Source of the DNA: Polyangiales bacterium
GTDB taxonomy: Bacteria > Myxococcota_A > Polyangia > Polyangiales > Polyangiaceae
Reading direction: 5' to 3'
Length of the DNA stretch: 64,000 nucleotides
Assembly (NCBI GenBank): GCA_038231275.1
Contig: JBBRLQ010000008.1
Span: 1 to 64,000 of the forward strand
The number at the start of each line of letters is the position of its first letter. Position 1 is the stretch's first letter. A program made the translations under genes and the position numbers. This document shows positions 47,950 to 58,799 of this stretch, in pieces. Below the pieces are notes generated by a model. It searched no databases, had not been told where the DNA came from, and saw nothing but the letters and a program-made list of their open reading frames with translations.

Positions 47950-48843
47950 ATGATGCCGGGTCGCCCCCCGTACGGTTACGGACCTCCCCCGCATCCTCCG
48001 CCGCCGCCCCCGCAGCGTCCGGGCTATCGCCCTTACGACGGGATGTACGGCTTCGGCGAGCCGATGGTGCCACAAGCCACCGACCATCGCGCGGCGCTCT
48101 CGCTCGCGCTCGGCATCCTGAGCCTCACGTGCGGCGGTCTCTTTCTCGGCGTGCCGGCGATCTTCTTCGGCGTGAGCGCGCGTAAGCACATTCAGGCGTC
48201 GGGCGGCCTCACGACCGGCACCGGCCTCGCGACGGGCGGCATCGTCACGGGCATCCTGGGAACGCTCGCGAGCTTCGTCATCGCCGGCGCCTTCGCCGTG
48301 AGCATGCTTCTCAATCCGGGCGGCGGAGGGCACGTCTCGTTCGGCGGACCCCCGAGATCGTCGACGGCGACGCCGCACGGCACTGCCGCCCCTGCGCCGC
48401 ACCGCGCGACGATCGGCGCGGTCGACGTCGTGAACCTCTCCTCCGACGACGGCCCGCTCAAGGACCAGCTCGCCGCCGAGCTCGCCCGCGCGCGCGCCAG
48501 CAAGCGAACGCTCGTCGTGCAAACCACCGCGCCGTGGGCGAACGTCTGCGCGGAGATCGACGACGCGCTGCCCGACGCGCGCATGCAGGCGGCCCTGGCC
48601 GACGTGCAGCTCGTTCGCGTCGACATCGACGAGTTCCGCGGCGAGCTCAAGTCCCAGCGCATGTACGAGGGCAGCGTGCCGTGGTTTTACAAGATCGACT
48701 CGACGGTGCACCCGACCGACGCGATCAGCGGCGACGAGTGGGACGAGAACACGCCGGAGAACATGGCGCCGGTGTTGAAGGCGTTCGCCTCGGGCACGCT
48801 GAAGCTCCGCCGTCACACGACGCCTCTGGGAACGCCGCTCTGA
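47950..48843 (+). CDS. DUF4190-like membrane protein with thioredoxin-like C-terminal domain
   Basis: Pro/Tyr-rich N-terminus; A..SL.LGIL...G..A...I...G.GLA..GI motif; TAPWANVC degenerate Trx site, VRVDID, VPWF. Confidence 0.7.
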   Translation: MMPGRPPYGYGPPPHPPPPPPQRPGYRPYDGMYGFGEPMVPQATDHRAALSLALGILSLTCGGLFLGVPAIFFGVSARKHIQASGGLTTGTGLATGGIVTGILGTLASFVIAGAFAVSMLLNPGGGGHVSFGGPPRSSTATPHGTAAPAPHRATIGAVDVVNLSSDDGPLKDQLAAELARARASKRTLVVQTTAPWANVCAEIDDALPDARMQAALADVQLVRVDIDEFRGELKSQRMYEGSVPWFYKIDSTVHPTDAISGDEWDENTPENMAPVLKAFASGTLKLRRHTTPLGTPL

Positions 48844-48855
48844 TAGCCTCGCCTC

Positions 48856-49824
48856 ATGTGGAGGCGCCTCTTCGTCCTCGCCGCTGCACTGGTGACCCTC
48901 TTGGGCGGGACAGGGTGCGCGTCCTCGCCGCCGTATGTCGCGTTGCGCACGCCAGACCGGCCCGCGCGCGTTCCTGACGACGTCACGCACGCGGAAGGCT
49001 CGTTCAAGGGACACGGGGGGATGAAGCTCTTCGAGCAGTCGTGGCGGCCGAGCGGTGCGCCGCGCGGCGTGCTCGTCGTGGTGCATGGGCTCAAGGATCA
49101 CAGCGCGCGCTACGGGGCGCTCGCGATCGCCGCGGTGAGGCGAGGCTATGCGGTGTACGCGTTCGATCTGCGCGGCCACGGGCGGTCCGAGGGCGTGCGC
49201 GTGTATACGAGCGCGTTCGACGACTACCTCGCCGACCTCGGCATCTTCTTGAAGCGCGTGCGCGAGAAGGAGCCTGCAGCCACGCCGTTCTTGTTCGGCC
49301 ACAGCATGGGCGGGGCGATCTCCACGCTCTACGCGATGGCGCACCCGACGGAGATGAAGGGCTTGCTCCTCTCCGGCGCGGCGCTCAAGACCGATGTCTC
49401 GGGCGCGACGGTCACCGGAACGAAGGTGATCGCGGCGGTCTCACCCCGCGCCGGCGTCTTTCAGCTCGATCTCGACGACTTTTCGCGCGATCCATCGACC
49501 GTCTGGGAAGGGCGCGTCGATCCGCTCGTCTACCAGCAGCCTGCGCCGGCGCGGACTGCGCGCGAAGTGCTCTCCGCGATCGATCGGATCCAGGAACACA
49601 TGGACGAACTGACGACACCGGTGCTCGTCATGCACGGCAGCGCCGACAAGGTGACGCCGCCCGACGGGAGCCGCGAGCTCTTTCGTCGCGCGCGCGCGCA
49701 GGACAAGACGCTGCGACTTTACGAGGGGCTCTACCACGATCTCTTGCACGAGCCGGAGCGAGCGCAGGTGACGGGCGACATCCTCGACTGGCTCGATCGG
49801 CGCACGACCACGCCGGCCAACTGA
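48856..49824 (+). CDS. Alpha/beta hydrolase (monoacylglycerol lipase / lysophospholipase) lipoprotein
   Basis: VHGL..H..RY, DLRGHGRS, GHSMGG, HGSAD, YHDL. Confidence 0.9.
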   Translation: MWRRLFVLAAALVTLLGGTGCASSPPYVALRTPDRPARVPDDVTHAEGSFKGHGGMKLFEQSWRPSGAPRGVLVVVHGLKDHSARYGALAIAAVRRGYAVYAFDLRGHGRSEGVRVYTSAFDDYLADLGIFLKRVREKEPAATPFLFGHSMGGAISTLYAMAHPTEMKGLLLSGAALKTDVSGATVTGTKVIAAVSPRAGVFQLDLDDFSRDPSTVWEGRVDPLVYQQPAPARTAREVLSAIDRIQEHMDELTTPVLVMHGSADKVTPPDGSRELFRRARAQDKTLRLYEGLYHDLLHEPERAQVTGDILDWLDRRTTTPAN

Positions 49825-49842
49825 AGGCCTCTCGAGCGCCAT

Positions 49843-50831
49843 TCAGAACGATCCGCGCACATCGAGCGCGGCGCCGCCAGGAAGAGGCGCGAAGCCGACC
49901 GTCGCCCCCGAACGCGTCGACGGGATCGCGATGACCCCCACCGCGCCGACGATGCCGACACCCAGCGCGATCGTCGACACCCACGCGAGCGTCGTGGCGC
50001 GACCTGCCGCGTCGATGGACGCCTGGTCTTTGCAGTAGTGGCGGTCGAAGTTGCAGCCGTCCTTCGCCGTGCCGTTCGCGCCGTACGCGAAGGCGCCCGT
50101 CACGATCGCGACGCCCCCGCCCACGACGGCGACGCCGAGCGCCGCATAAAATAGGGGATTCGCGCGCGCGCTGCGGACCGCGTACTCCGGCTCCGGGGTA
50201 GACGCGGGAGGCGGCGGAGTGACGACCACCGGCGGCGGAGGCGCGGCGGGCACGCCGTTCGAAAGCGCCGGAACGCGGACCGTCTTTCGCTCCGAGAGAT
50301 CGATAGGCACATCGACGCGCCACCCTCGCCCGCCCGGCGCCGACGCTTCCACCGTGTGAAGACCCGGATCAACGGGCGCCGCGAGGCCCCACGCCGCGCG
50401 CCGCAGGACGATCCCGTCGAGCTTCACCTCGAGCCCCTCGACGTCCGCCTCGGGCGCGACGACGACGCTCACGCGCGGCACCTTCGCCTCGATCGCCGCG
50501 AGCCGCTCCCGCGCGAGATCCTGACGATCCTTCCTCTTGTCACGGATTGCGAGGCTGAGCGCGTCGTTCAGCTCGGCGTGCGCGGAGGCGACCTTGCCCT
50601 CCTTCTCGTGGCAGACGGCGAGGTTGAGTAGCGTGCCACCCCCAGGGTCCAGGCGCTGGCTCTCCGCGAGCTTCGGACACGCCTCGGCGTAGCGCTTGGC
50701 CTCCATGAGCGCGCGCGCATCGTCGAAGAGCGCCTGGGCGAGCTGTTGCTCACGCGTGTCGGCAGCTCGTCCGCGTGAGGAGGCGAGCGCGACGACGAGC
50801 GTGACGGCACACGCGCTGGCGTGGACACGCT

Positions 50832-50835
<4 letters not shown>
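49843..50835 (-). CDS. Secreted TPR + PEGA-like protein with C-terminal TM segments
   Basis: AQALFDDA...ACPKLAESQRLDPGGGTLLNLAVCHE; VDPGLHTVEASAPG; ATGA overlap with the kinase stop. Confidence 0.8.
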
Positions 50836-52421
<1,586 letters not shown>

Positions 52422-52442
52422 CGTCGGGTTTATAGTGTCCAA

Positions 52443-53321
52443 GTGAGGGTCGAGCATCCTCTTTGTTCCCTTTTCGTGCCGGTTTGCGGCCCGGCATGGG
52501 CGCCCGCGCCCGGCCCGGTCCTGGAGGCGACCCTCGCAGGCGTCCTTGGCCGCGGACAAGCAGCCTGGCCCTACCTCGCCCTCGCCCCCGAGGCCTACCT
52601 CCCCTACCTCGCGGTCCGCATCGGCGGCATGGACGATCTCGTCGACCTCAACGTCGAGGACCTCTTCGTCGCCTGCGCCGCCGTCCACCGCGACCCGCGC
52701 GCGCTCCAGTCGATCGAGGCGCGCTACTTCGGTGACATCGACGCGGCCCTTCGCAAGATGAACCTGCCGGCCCCGCGCATCGACGACGTGAAGCAGACGG
52801 TCCGCCGCCAGCTCTTCGTCGGCGAGGACGGCAAGCCACCGCGCATCGCCCAGTACAACGGCAAGGGCGAGCTCCGCGCGTGGCTACGCGTCACCGCGGT
52901 GCGCGCGGCGCTCAAGGTCATCCGCAAAGAGAAGCGCGAGACCGTCGCCTCCGACGACGCCATCTTCGAACACGGCACGAGCGACGCCGATCCGGAGCTC
53001 GCGTACATCAAGGAGGTCTACCGCGACAAATTCCGCGCGGCCTTCCAGAGCGCGCTCGACTCGCTCGGCGATCGCGACAAGACGTTCCTTCGCCAGCACG
53101 TCGTCGACGGCCTCTCGATCGACGATCTCGCCGCGCTGAACCAGATCCACCGCGCGACGGCGGCGCGCTGGCTCGCGAAGGCGAAGGAGACGCTCCTCGT
53201 CGCGACGCGGAGAATCTTCATGCAGAGTGCACACGTCTCGCGCGGCGAGTGCGACAGCATCCTCAGGATGGTGCAGAGCCAGCTCGACGCGACGATCCGG
53301 CGGAGGCTCGAGGGTGCGTAG
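52443..53321 (+). CDS. ECF-type sigma-70 factor, Myxococcales family
   Basis: GQAAWP, EDLFVACA, Y.GKG.LRAWLRVTAVR (region 2), DPEL.Y, DGLSIDDLA...IHRATAARWL (region 4); TATAGT-N6-GTG supports start 52443. Confidence 0.82.
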   Translation: MRVEHPLCSLFVPVCGPAWAPAPGPVLEATLAGVLGRGQAAWPYLALAPEAYLPYLAVRIGGMDDLVDLNVEDLFVACAAVHRDPRALQSIEARYFGDIDAALRKMNLPAPRIDDVKQTVRRQLFVGEDGKPPRIAQYNGKGELRAWLRVTAVRAALKVIRKEKRETVASDDAIFEHGTSDADPELAYIKEVYRDKFRAAFQSALDSLGDRDKTFLRQHVVDGLSIDDLAALNQIHRATAARWLAKAKETLLVATRRIFMQSAHVSRGECDSILRMVQSQLDATIRRRLEGA

Positions 53322-53354
53322 ATCACACGCGAGGGGCGCTGCTGGAATACAGCC

Positions 53355-54272
53355 CTACGCGAACCGCTCCGCCGCGTCGCGTAGCGTGACGAACGTGTAA
53401 TCTGCACGCTTCAGCGTGTCGATCACCGCGTGGAGCGACGCGAGCTTGCCTCGGACCGGCACGCGCACGTCGACTTGGTGCGGCGCGAGCGCCTCGAGGC
53501 CATCCGCACGATCCAGGACGTCGATGCCGTGCAGCTCCAGGTTCACGAGCGGCTCGCCGACGCACATGCGCGTGAGGAGGCGCGCCTTCCACGGACCCGC
53601 CATCGTGATCGTCGTGCCGATGTATGGCAGGCGGGCGCCGCGTGTCACCTGGATCGGCAGCTCCATGAGCCCCGCGCCACGCTCCCAGTACGGCCGCCCG
53701 ACGCGGTACGGACGTGTCGGCGCCGTCAGCACGCGGGGGTTGTCGACGATCGATTGGCTCGTTCGCCCTCGCAGCGCGATGCCGCCGATCGCCGCCGCCT
53801 TGAGCGCGTAGTACGGCGGGCACGGAAAGACCGACGAGTCGTACTTCACGCCGAGATCGCCGAGCGCCGCGAAGACCTGATCGGTGATCGTGTACCCCGG
53901 CGCGCGAAACCCTACCGGGCGCGAACCGACCGCCTCGTGAATCGCCGAGGCGCCACCGTCGATCTGCTTTACGATCTCGTCGTACGAGAGGCGCGTCAGA
54001 TCGTACCGGTGATCGAGCGAGTGGTTGCCGATCTCGTGCCCGGCCTCGTGCGCAGCGCGCAGCTTCTCGCGCGCGTCGGCCGACACCGCGAGATCCGATC
54101 CGATCGCGAAGAGCGTCAGCGGGATCTTCGCGGCGTCCGCGAGCGCACGAAGGCGCGGCACCGCGACGTCGTACACCGCCGTGCGCGCCGGCGCTCCCGG
54201 CGCGGGGAGGCCGTGAATCTGAAAGTAAAAAGGGATCTCGTCGAGGTCGACGCTGACGGCGCAGAGTCGCAC
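53355..54272 (-). CDS. Polysaccharide deacetylase family protein
   Basis: SVDLD, TLF, HEIGNHSLDH, GFRAPGY, YDSS, ELP, LH. Confidence 0.88.
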   Translation of the reverse strand: MRLCAVSVDLDEIPFYFQIHGLPAPGAPARTAVYDVAVPRLRALADAAKIPLTLFAIGSDLAVSADAREKLRAAHEAGHEIGNHSLDHRYDLTRLSYDEIVKQIDGGASAIHEAVGSRPVGFRAPGYTITDQVFAALGDLGVKYDSSVFPCPPYYALKAAAIGGIALRGRTSQSIVDNPRVLTAPTRPYRVGRPYWERGAGLMELPIQVTRGARLPYIGTTITMAGPWKARLLTRMCVGEPLVNLELHGIDVLDRADGLEALAPHQVDVRVPVRGKLASLHAVIDTLKRADYTFVTLRDAAERFA

Positions 54273-54305
54273 GACGAGATCCCTTGGATCAGTGCCGGGG
54301 CGTTG

Positions 54306-55256
54306 TCAGGACGACGACGACGACTGCGTCATCTTGGCGACTTCTGCCGCCAGATCGTCCGTCGGGCCCTTCTCGACGCCCTCGCCCAGCTCGAAGCGAA
54401 CGAACGCCTCGATGTGGATGTCTTGGCCGACCTTCTTCGAGAGATCCGCGCGGGTCTTCTCGATGGTGCCGGCGGTCGGGTCCACCACGTTGTCCTGCCC
54501 GAGGAGCGTGATCTCGGTGAACCACTTGGCGAGCTTGCCCTCCATGATCTTCGGCCAGGCGGCCTCCGGCTTGCCCTCTTCCTTGAGCTGCGCCGCGAAG
54601 ATCTCCTTCTGCTTGTCGACGTGGGCCTGCGTGACCTCGCCCTTGTGGACGTGGCGCGCGCGCATCGACACGATCTGCATCGTGACGGTGTCGGCGAAGG
54701 CATCGACCTCGGCATTTCCGAGCGGGCCGGTGACCGCGACGATCGCCGCGTTCTTGCCGCCCATGTGGACGTAGGCGTGGACGAAGCCTTCCTTGGCCTC
54801 GACCATGTCCCAGCGACGGACGACGGTGTTCTCGCCGGTCTTGCCGACGAGCTCCTGGCGGATGATGTCGATCGTCTTGTCCGAGCCGGGGAACTTCTGG
54901 GCGTTGAGATCGGCGCCCTTCTTGAGCGTGCTCGCGACTTCGGTCACCTTGGTGACGAAGTCCTTGAACACGTCGCCGCGCGCGACGAAGTCGGTCTGGC
55001 AGTTGACCTCGACGATGACGCCGCGCTTCTTGTCGGCGCTCACCCAGGTGCGGACCTCGCCCTCGCTCGCGACGCGACCGGCGCGCGCCGCGGCTTTGAC
55101 GATGCCCTTCTTGAGGATGACCTCGACGGCCTTGTCGATGTCTCCGCTCGTCTCGACGAGCGCGTTCTTGCAGTCGGCCATGCCCGCTTGCGTACGCTCG
55201 CGGAGCTCCTTGATGAGCGCGGCAGTGATTTCCTGTTTCTTGCCGTTGTCAGCCAT
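54306..55256 (-). CDS. tsf: Elongation factor Ts
   Basis: IKELRERTQAGMADCKNAL, EVNCQTDFVA, GEN, YVH, FVRFELGEG. Confidence 0.97.
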   Translation of the reverse strand: MADNGKKQEITAALIKELRERTQAGMADCKNALVETSGDIDKAVEVILKKGIVKAAARAGRVASEGEVRTWVSADKKRGVIVEVNCQTDFVARGDVFKDFVTKVTEVASTLKKGADLNAQKFPGSDKTIDIIRQELVGKTGENTVVRRWDMVEAKEGFVHAYVHMGGKNAAIVAVTGPLGNAEVDAFADTVTMQIVSMRARHVHKGEVTQAHVDKQKEIFAAQLKEEGKPEAAWPKIMEGKLAKWFTEITLLGQDNVVDPTAGTIEKTRADLSKKVGQDIHIEAFVRFELGEGVEKGPTDDLAAEVAKMTQSSSSS

Positions 55257-55273
55257 GATCATCCTCTCAGTCA

Positions 55274-56134
55274 TCAGTTCGGGCCGCCGCCACCGCCGCT
55301 GCGACCGTCACGACGACCGCGGTACACGTCGGCCTGGGGAGCGCCGCCACGGCCGCCGCCCTCGCGCTCGTCACGCCCGTCGCGACCGACGGACTCCTTG
55401 CGGCGCTGCGTGCCTTCGATCGCCGCGTCGGCGAGGCGCTGCGTGATGAGGCGGATCGAGCGGATGGCGTCGTCGTTGCCGGGGATGACGTAGTCGACGA
55501 GATCCGGATCGCAGTTGGTGTCGGTGATGGCGATGATCGGGATGGCGAGCTTCTTCGCCTCTTGTACCGCGATCGTCTCCATGGCCGGATCGATGACGAA
55601 GACGGCGGTGGGAAGAACCGCCATGTTCTTGAGACCGCCGACGTACTTCTCGAAGCGCTCGCGCTCCTTCTCGAGGCGCGACACTTCCTTCTTCGGGAGC
55701 TGGAGGTACGTGCCGTCGTCCTTCATGCGCTCGAGCTGCTTCATGCGCTCGAGGCCCTGCTTGATGGTGCGGAAGTTCGTGAGCGTGCCGCCGAGCCAGC
55801 GGTTGACGACGTAGTAGCTGCCCGAGCGCGACGCCTCCTCCTTAACGATCTCCTGCGCCTGGCGCTTGGTGCCGATCATGAGGAGGTGGCCGCCGTGGGC
55901 GACGGTCTCGGCGACGAAGTTGTAGGCGCGCGTGAAGAGGCGCGTCGTCTGGTCGAGGTCGATGATGTGGATGCCGTTCCGGGCGCCGTAGATGAACGGG
56001 CGCATCTTCGGGTTCCAGCGCTTGGTCTGGTGGCCGAAGTGGACGCCGGCGTCGATGAGGGCCTTGAGCGGGAGCGGCGGATCGCCGGGGAGGGCGCGAA
56101 CGCCTTGGGCGTTCGTCTCGATGTCCTGGGTCAT
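55274..56134 (-). CDS. rpsB: 30S ribosomal protein S2
   Basis: [49 protein letters not shown]. Confidence 0.98.
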   Translation of the reverse strand: MTQDIETNAQGVRALPGDPPLPLKALIDAGVHFGHQTKRWNPKMRPFIYGARNGIHIIDLDQTTRLFTRAYNFVAETVAHGGHLLMIGTKRQAQEIVKEEASRSGSYYVVNRWLGGTLTNFRTIKQGLERMKQLERMKDDGTYLQLPKKEVSRLEKERERFEKYVGGLKNMAVLPTAVFVIDPAMETIAVQEAKKLAIPIIAITDTNCDPDLVDYVIPGNDDAIRSIRLITQRLADAAIEGTQRRKESVGRDGRDEREGGGRGGAPQADVYRGRRDGRSGGGGGPN

Positions 56135-56160
56135 GGTGGCGCTTCCTTTCGGTTGGCTAC

Positions 56161-56234
56161 CGCTCCTCCTCCCGAGGCCAGCGGTAAAAACCGCACCGGA
56201 CCAAGGGGTTGCGCGTAACGAGAGTGGAGGAGCG
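56161..56234 (-). promoter_or_regulatory. Structured rpsB 5' leader (putative S2 autoregulatory element)
   Basis: Outer stem cgctcctcc(56161-69)/ggaggagcg(56226-34) enclosing hairpin gcggt-aaaa-accgc, about 30 nt upstream of the rpsB start. Confidence 0.5.
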
Positions 56235-56386
56235 TGAGATTTTCCGGCCGTGCGAGTGCATGGTCGGCCCCCTTTTTGACGGGGGGGCGGGCACCATAGC
56301 CGGGCCAACCGCGGTGTCAAGCTCGGCTGCCGCCGCGAAGCTCCTTGTAAGGCGACGGGATTTTCGGCACAACGGGGGTCCTCCCC

Positions 56387-56566
56387 GTGCGCGCGCTCCT
56401 CCTCTATTTTGCGGTGCTTCTGGCCATCGGGTGTGGCTCGAAGGGGCCGAGAGCTCCGAAGGGGCCGCCTCCGGAGTATGAGGAGCCGTCCGCGACGCCG
56501 ACCCCGACTCCGCCGCCGACTCCGAATCCGACTCCGACTCCGAATCCGGACGCGGGCGCGCGCTAG
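56387..56566 (+). CDS. Small Pro-rich lipoprotein (59 aa), absent from the ORF track
   Basis: [62 protein letters not shown] start, lipobox AIGC. Confidence 0.7.
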   Translation: MRALLLYFAVLLAIGCGSKGPRAPKGPPPEYEEPSATPTPTPPPTPNPTPTPNPDAGAR

Positions 56567-57672
56567 AGTCGGGCGACCAGCTTCACGAACCGCGGGTCGG
56601 TGCGCAGAGAAGCGAGATCGTCGTCACCGGTGAGGCGCCACTTCGCGTTGAAGCCCGCCGCCACCGCGTCCTCGAGCGCTTGGAGCGCGTCGGGCTTGTT
56701 TCCCTTTCGCGCCAAGAGGCACCCGAGCGTCACGAGCGCATCCTTCTTCGTCTCGGAGAAGGCGACCGCGCGTCGTGCGGCGGCGATGGCGCCGTCCACG
56801 TCGCCGCCTTTGGCGAGGGCCACGCCGAGGCGATTCCACACGTACCCGTCGTTCGCGTCTTGCGCGAGCAGCGCTCGGTACGCGCGCGCCGCCTCGGTCC
56901 AGCTCTTCTCGTCCTCCATCATCTCGGCGCGCTGCGTCGCGCGGCCGCGCTCGTCGAGCGATGGGTTCAGGAGCGAGTAGCCCGTCGCGAGATACGGCTC
57001 GGGGGTCCAGTGGTACTCCATGTAGCGCGCCGTCTCGTCGGCGACGTGGCGGCCGAGGAGGCGCGCGACCACGTGGAGCGCACCGTCGATTCCGGCGGAG
57101 ACGCCGGCGGTCGTCACCACGCGACCTTCGTCGATGAAGCGGCGGCCGTCGATCACGGTCGCCTTGGGCGCTGCCCTTCGCAGTCGCTCGATCGCGCCAA
57201 ACCAGGTCGTGACCTGACGACCGTCGAGCTGGCCGAGGTTGGCCAAGACGAACGCGCCCGAGCACACGCTCATCGCGAGCTCGGATTCGCCGATCGCCTT
57301 CTTGGCCCACGTCATGAACCTCGGATCCTCGGTGAGCTTGCCCGAGCTGCCGCCGGGGAACACGATCACGTCGGGCTTCGGCGCGTCGTCGATGGAGAAC
57401 TCCGGCACGACCTTGACCACACCCTGGCTCGTGATCGGCGCCTTCGTCGCTGCCATCGTATAGACGCGGAACGCGGGGCGATCACGCGACGCGCCGTTGC
57501 GCGCGGCGACGGCGAAGACCTCGGCCGGCCCGGCGAAATCGAGGACTTCGACCCCCTCGTAGAGGACGATCGCCACGTTGCGCGTCGGCGCGGCCTCGGC
57601 CGATGTAGCCCGTACCAAAACGCCGAGCCCTACGACCAAGCCCCACGCTGCCTTCGCCCATGATGTCTTCAT
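56563..57672 (-). CDS. DJ-1/PfpI family protein with signal peptide and C-terminal TPRs
   Basis: [24 protein letters not shown] (Cys), [13 protein letters not shown]; TPRs ending D.DL.SLR.DPRF. Confidence 0.87.
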   Translation of the reverse strand: MKTSWAKAAWGLVVGLGVLVRATSAEAAPTRNVAIVLYEGVEVLDFAGPAEVFAVAARNGASRDRPAFRVYTMAATKAPITSQGVVKVVPEFSIDDAPKPDVIVFPGGSSGKLTEDPRFMTWAKKAIGESELAMSVCSGAFVLANLGQLDGRQVTTWFGAIERLRRAAPKATVIDGRRFIDEGRVVTTAGVSAGIDGALHVVARLLGRHVADETARYMEYHWTPEPYLATGYSLLNPSLDERGRATQRAEMMEDEKSWTEAARAYRALLAQDANDGYVWNRLGVALAKGGDVDGAIAAARRAVAFSETKKDALVTLGCLLARKGNKPDALQALEDAVAAGFNAKWRLTGDDDLASLRTDPRFVKLVARL

Positions 57673-58649
57673 GATCTTCTCCCTTCGACCGCGGGTGTGT
57701 GTGCCGCACGAAACGCGCCGATCGACACGCCGAACGATTGCTTCCAAAGCCTCCGCAGCTGTCGCGCGTCGTCGAAGCCGCAGCTCGCGGCCACGCTCTC
57801 CACTGTCCGCGACGGATCGCCGATGAGATCGCGCGCGACCTGGACCTTCACGAGCGACGCGAAGCGGTGGGGCGTGACGCCGGTGGCGCGCCGGAAGACG
57901 CGTGCCAGGTTTCGCGGGCTCATCGCCGCGATGCGCGCGAGCTTCGGGAGGCTCGCCTTCTCCTGCGGATGCTCGACCAGAAAGTCTTGCACCCGGTGCA
58001 CACCAGGGTGCAGGTGATCGCGGTGCTCGAGGTAGACGCTCTCCTGCTCGCGATCACCGCTGCGGCGCACGTACACGACCATCTCACGCGCCACCTTCGC
58101 GGCGACACGCGGACCGTGGTCGCGCTCCACGAGGGCGAGCGCCATGTCGATGCCCGAGGCCACGCCGGCGCTCGTCACGACGCCGCGGTCCTCGACGAAG
58201 AGGCGGTTGCTCACGACCTCCGCGCGCGGGAAATCGCGTGCGAGGCGATCCGTCAGCTTCCAGTGGGTGGTGCACCGCCGCCCATCGAGGAGGCCCGCGT
58301 GCGCGAGGGCGAAGGACCCGCTGCAGACGGACGCGATGCGCGCGCCGACGTCCGCGGCGCTCACGAGGAACGTCCGGATCGCCCTGTCCACCCCGTCGAT
58401 CGCCGAGGAGGACATTCCGGGGACGAGCACGAGATCGTCGGGGCGCGGCGAGGGAAGGGGCGCCAGATCGGCCAGCACGAGCCCCTGCGCCGAGCGAACC
58501 CGTCGTTCCGGAGCGCAGTAGACGAGCCGATAGGCGCCGCCGAGACGCGATGCCTCGTCGAGCACCTGGACAGGTCCGGCCATATCTTGAAGGTGAACGT
58601 GAGGGAGCATCACGACGATGACGCGGCGCGCGTTGGACGCCATTTCCAT
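57669..58649 (-). CDS. GlxA-family AraC transcriptional regulator
   Basis: SVCSGSFALA.AGLLDGR..TTHW, TSAGVASGID, R.G..EQ, MSPRNL.R.F, VA..CGF. Confidence 0.92.
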   Translation of the reverse strand: MEMASNARRVIVVMLPHVHLQDMAGPVQVLDEASRLGGAYRLVYCAPERRVRSAQGLVLADLAPLPSPRPDDLVLVPGMSSSAIDGVDRAIRTFLVSAADVGARIASVCSGSFALAHAGLLDGRRCTTHWKLTDRLARDFPRAEVVSNRLFVEDRGVVTSAGVASGIDMALALVERDHGPRVAAKVAREMVVYVRRSGDREQESVYLEHRDHLHPGVHRVQDFLVEHPQEKASLPKLARIAAMSPRNLARVFRRATGVTPHRFASLVKVQVARDLIGDPSRTVESVAASCGFDDARQLRRLWKQSFGVSIGAFRAAHTPAVEGRRS

Positions 58650-58799
58650 ACAAATACTGTAGCCGATTCGCTCCCGCGCGGTAACTCGCGCCGAGGACGA
58701 ATACCGGACGCATTAGGCCACTCTTTGGCGGGCGACGGTGACCGCCTCTTCTGCCTTCGGCGCCGGGACCGGTGAAGGGCGAGCTCCAGCGAGAAAGGC

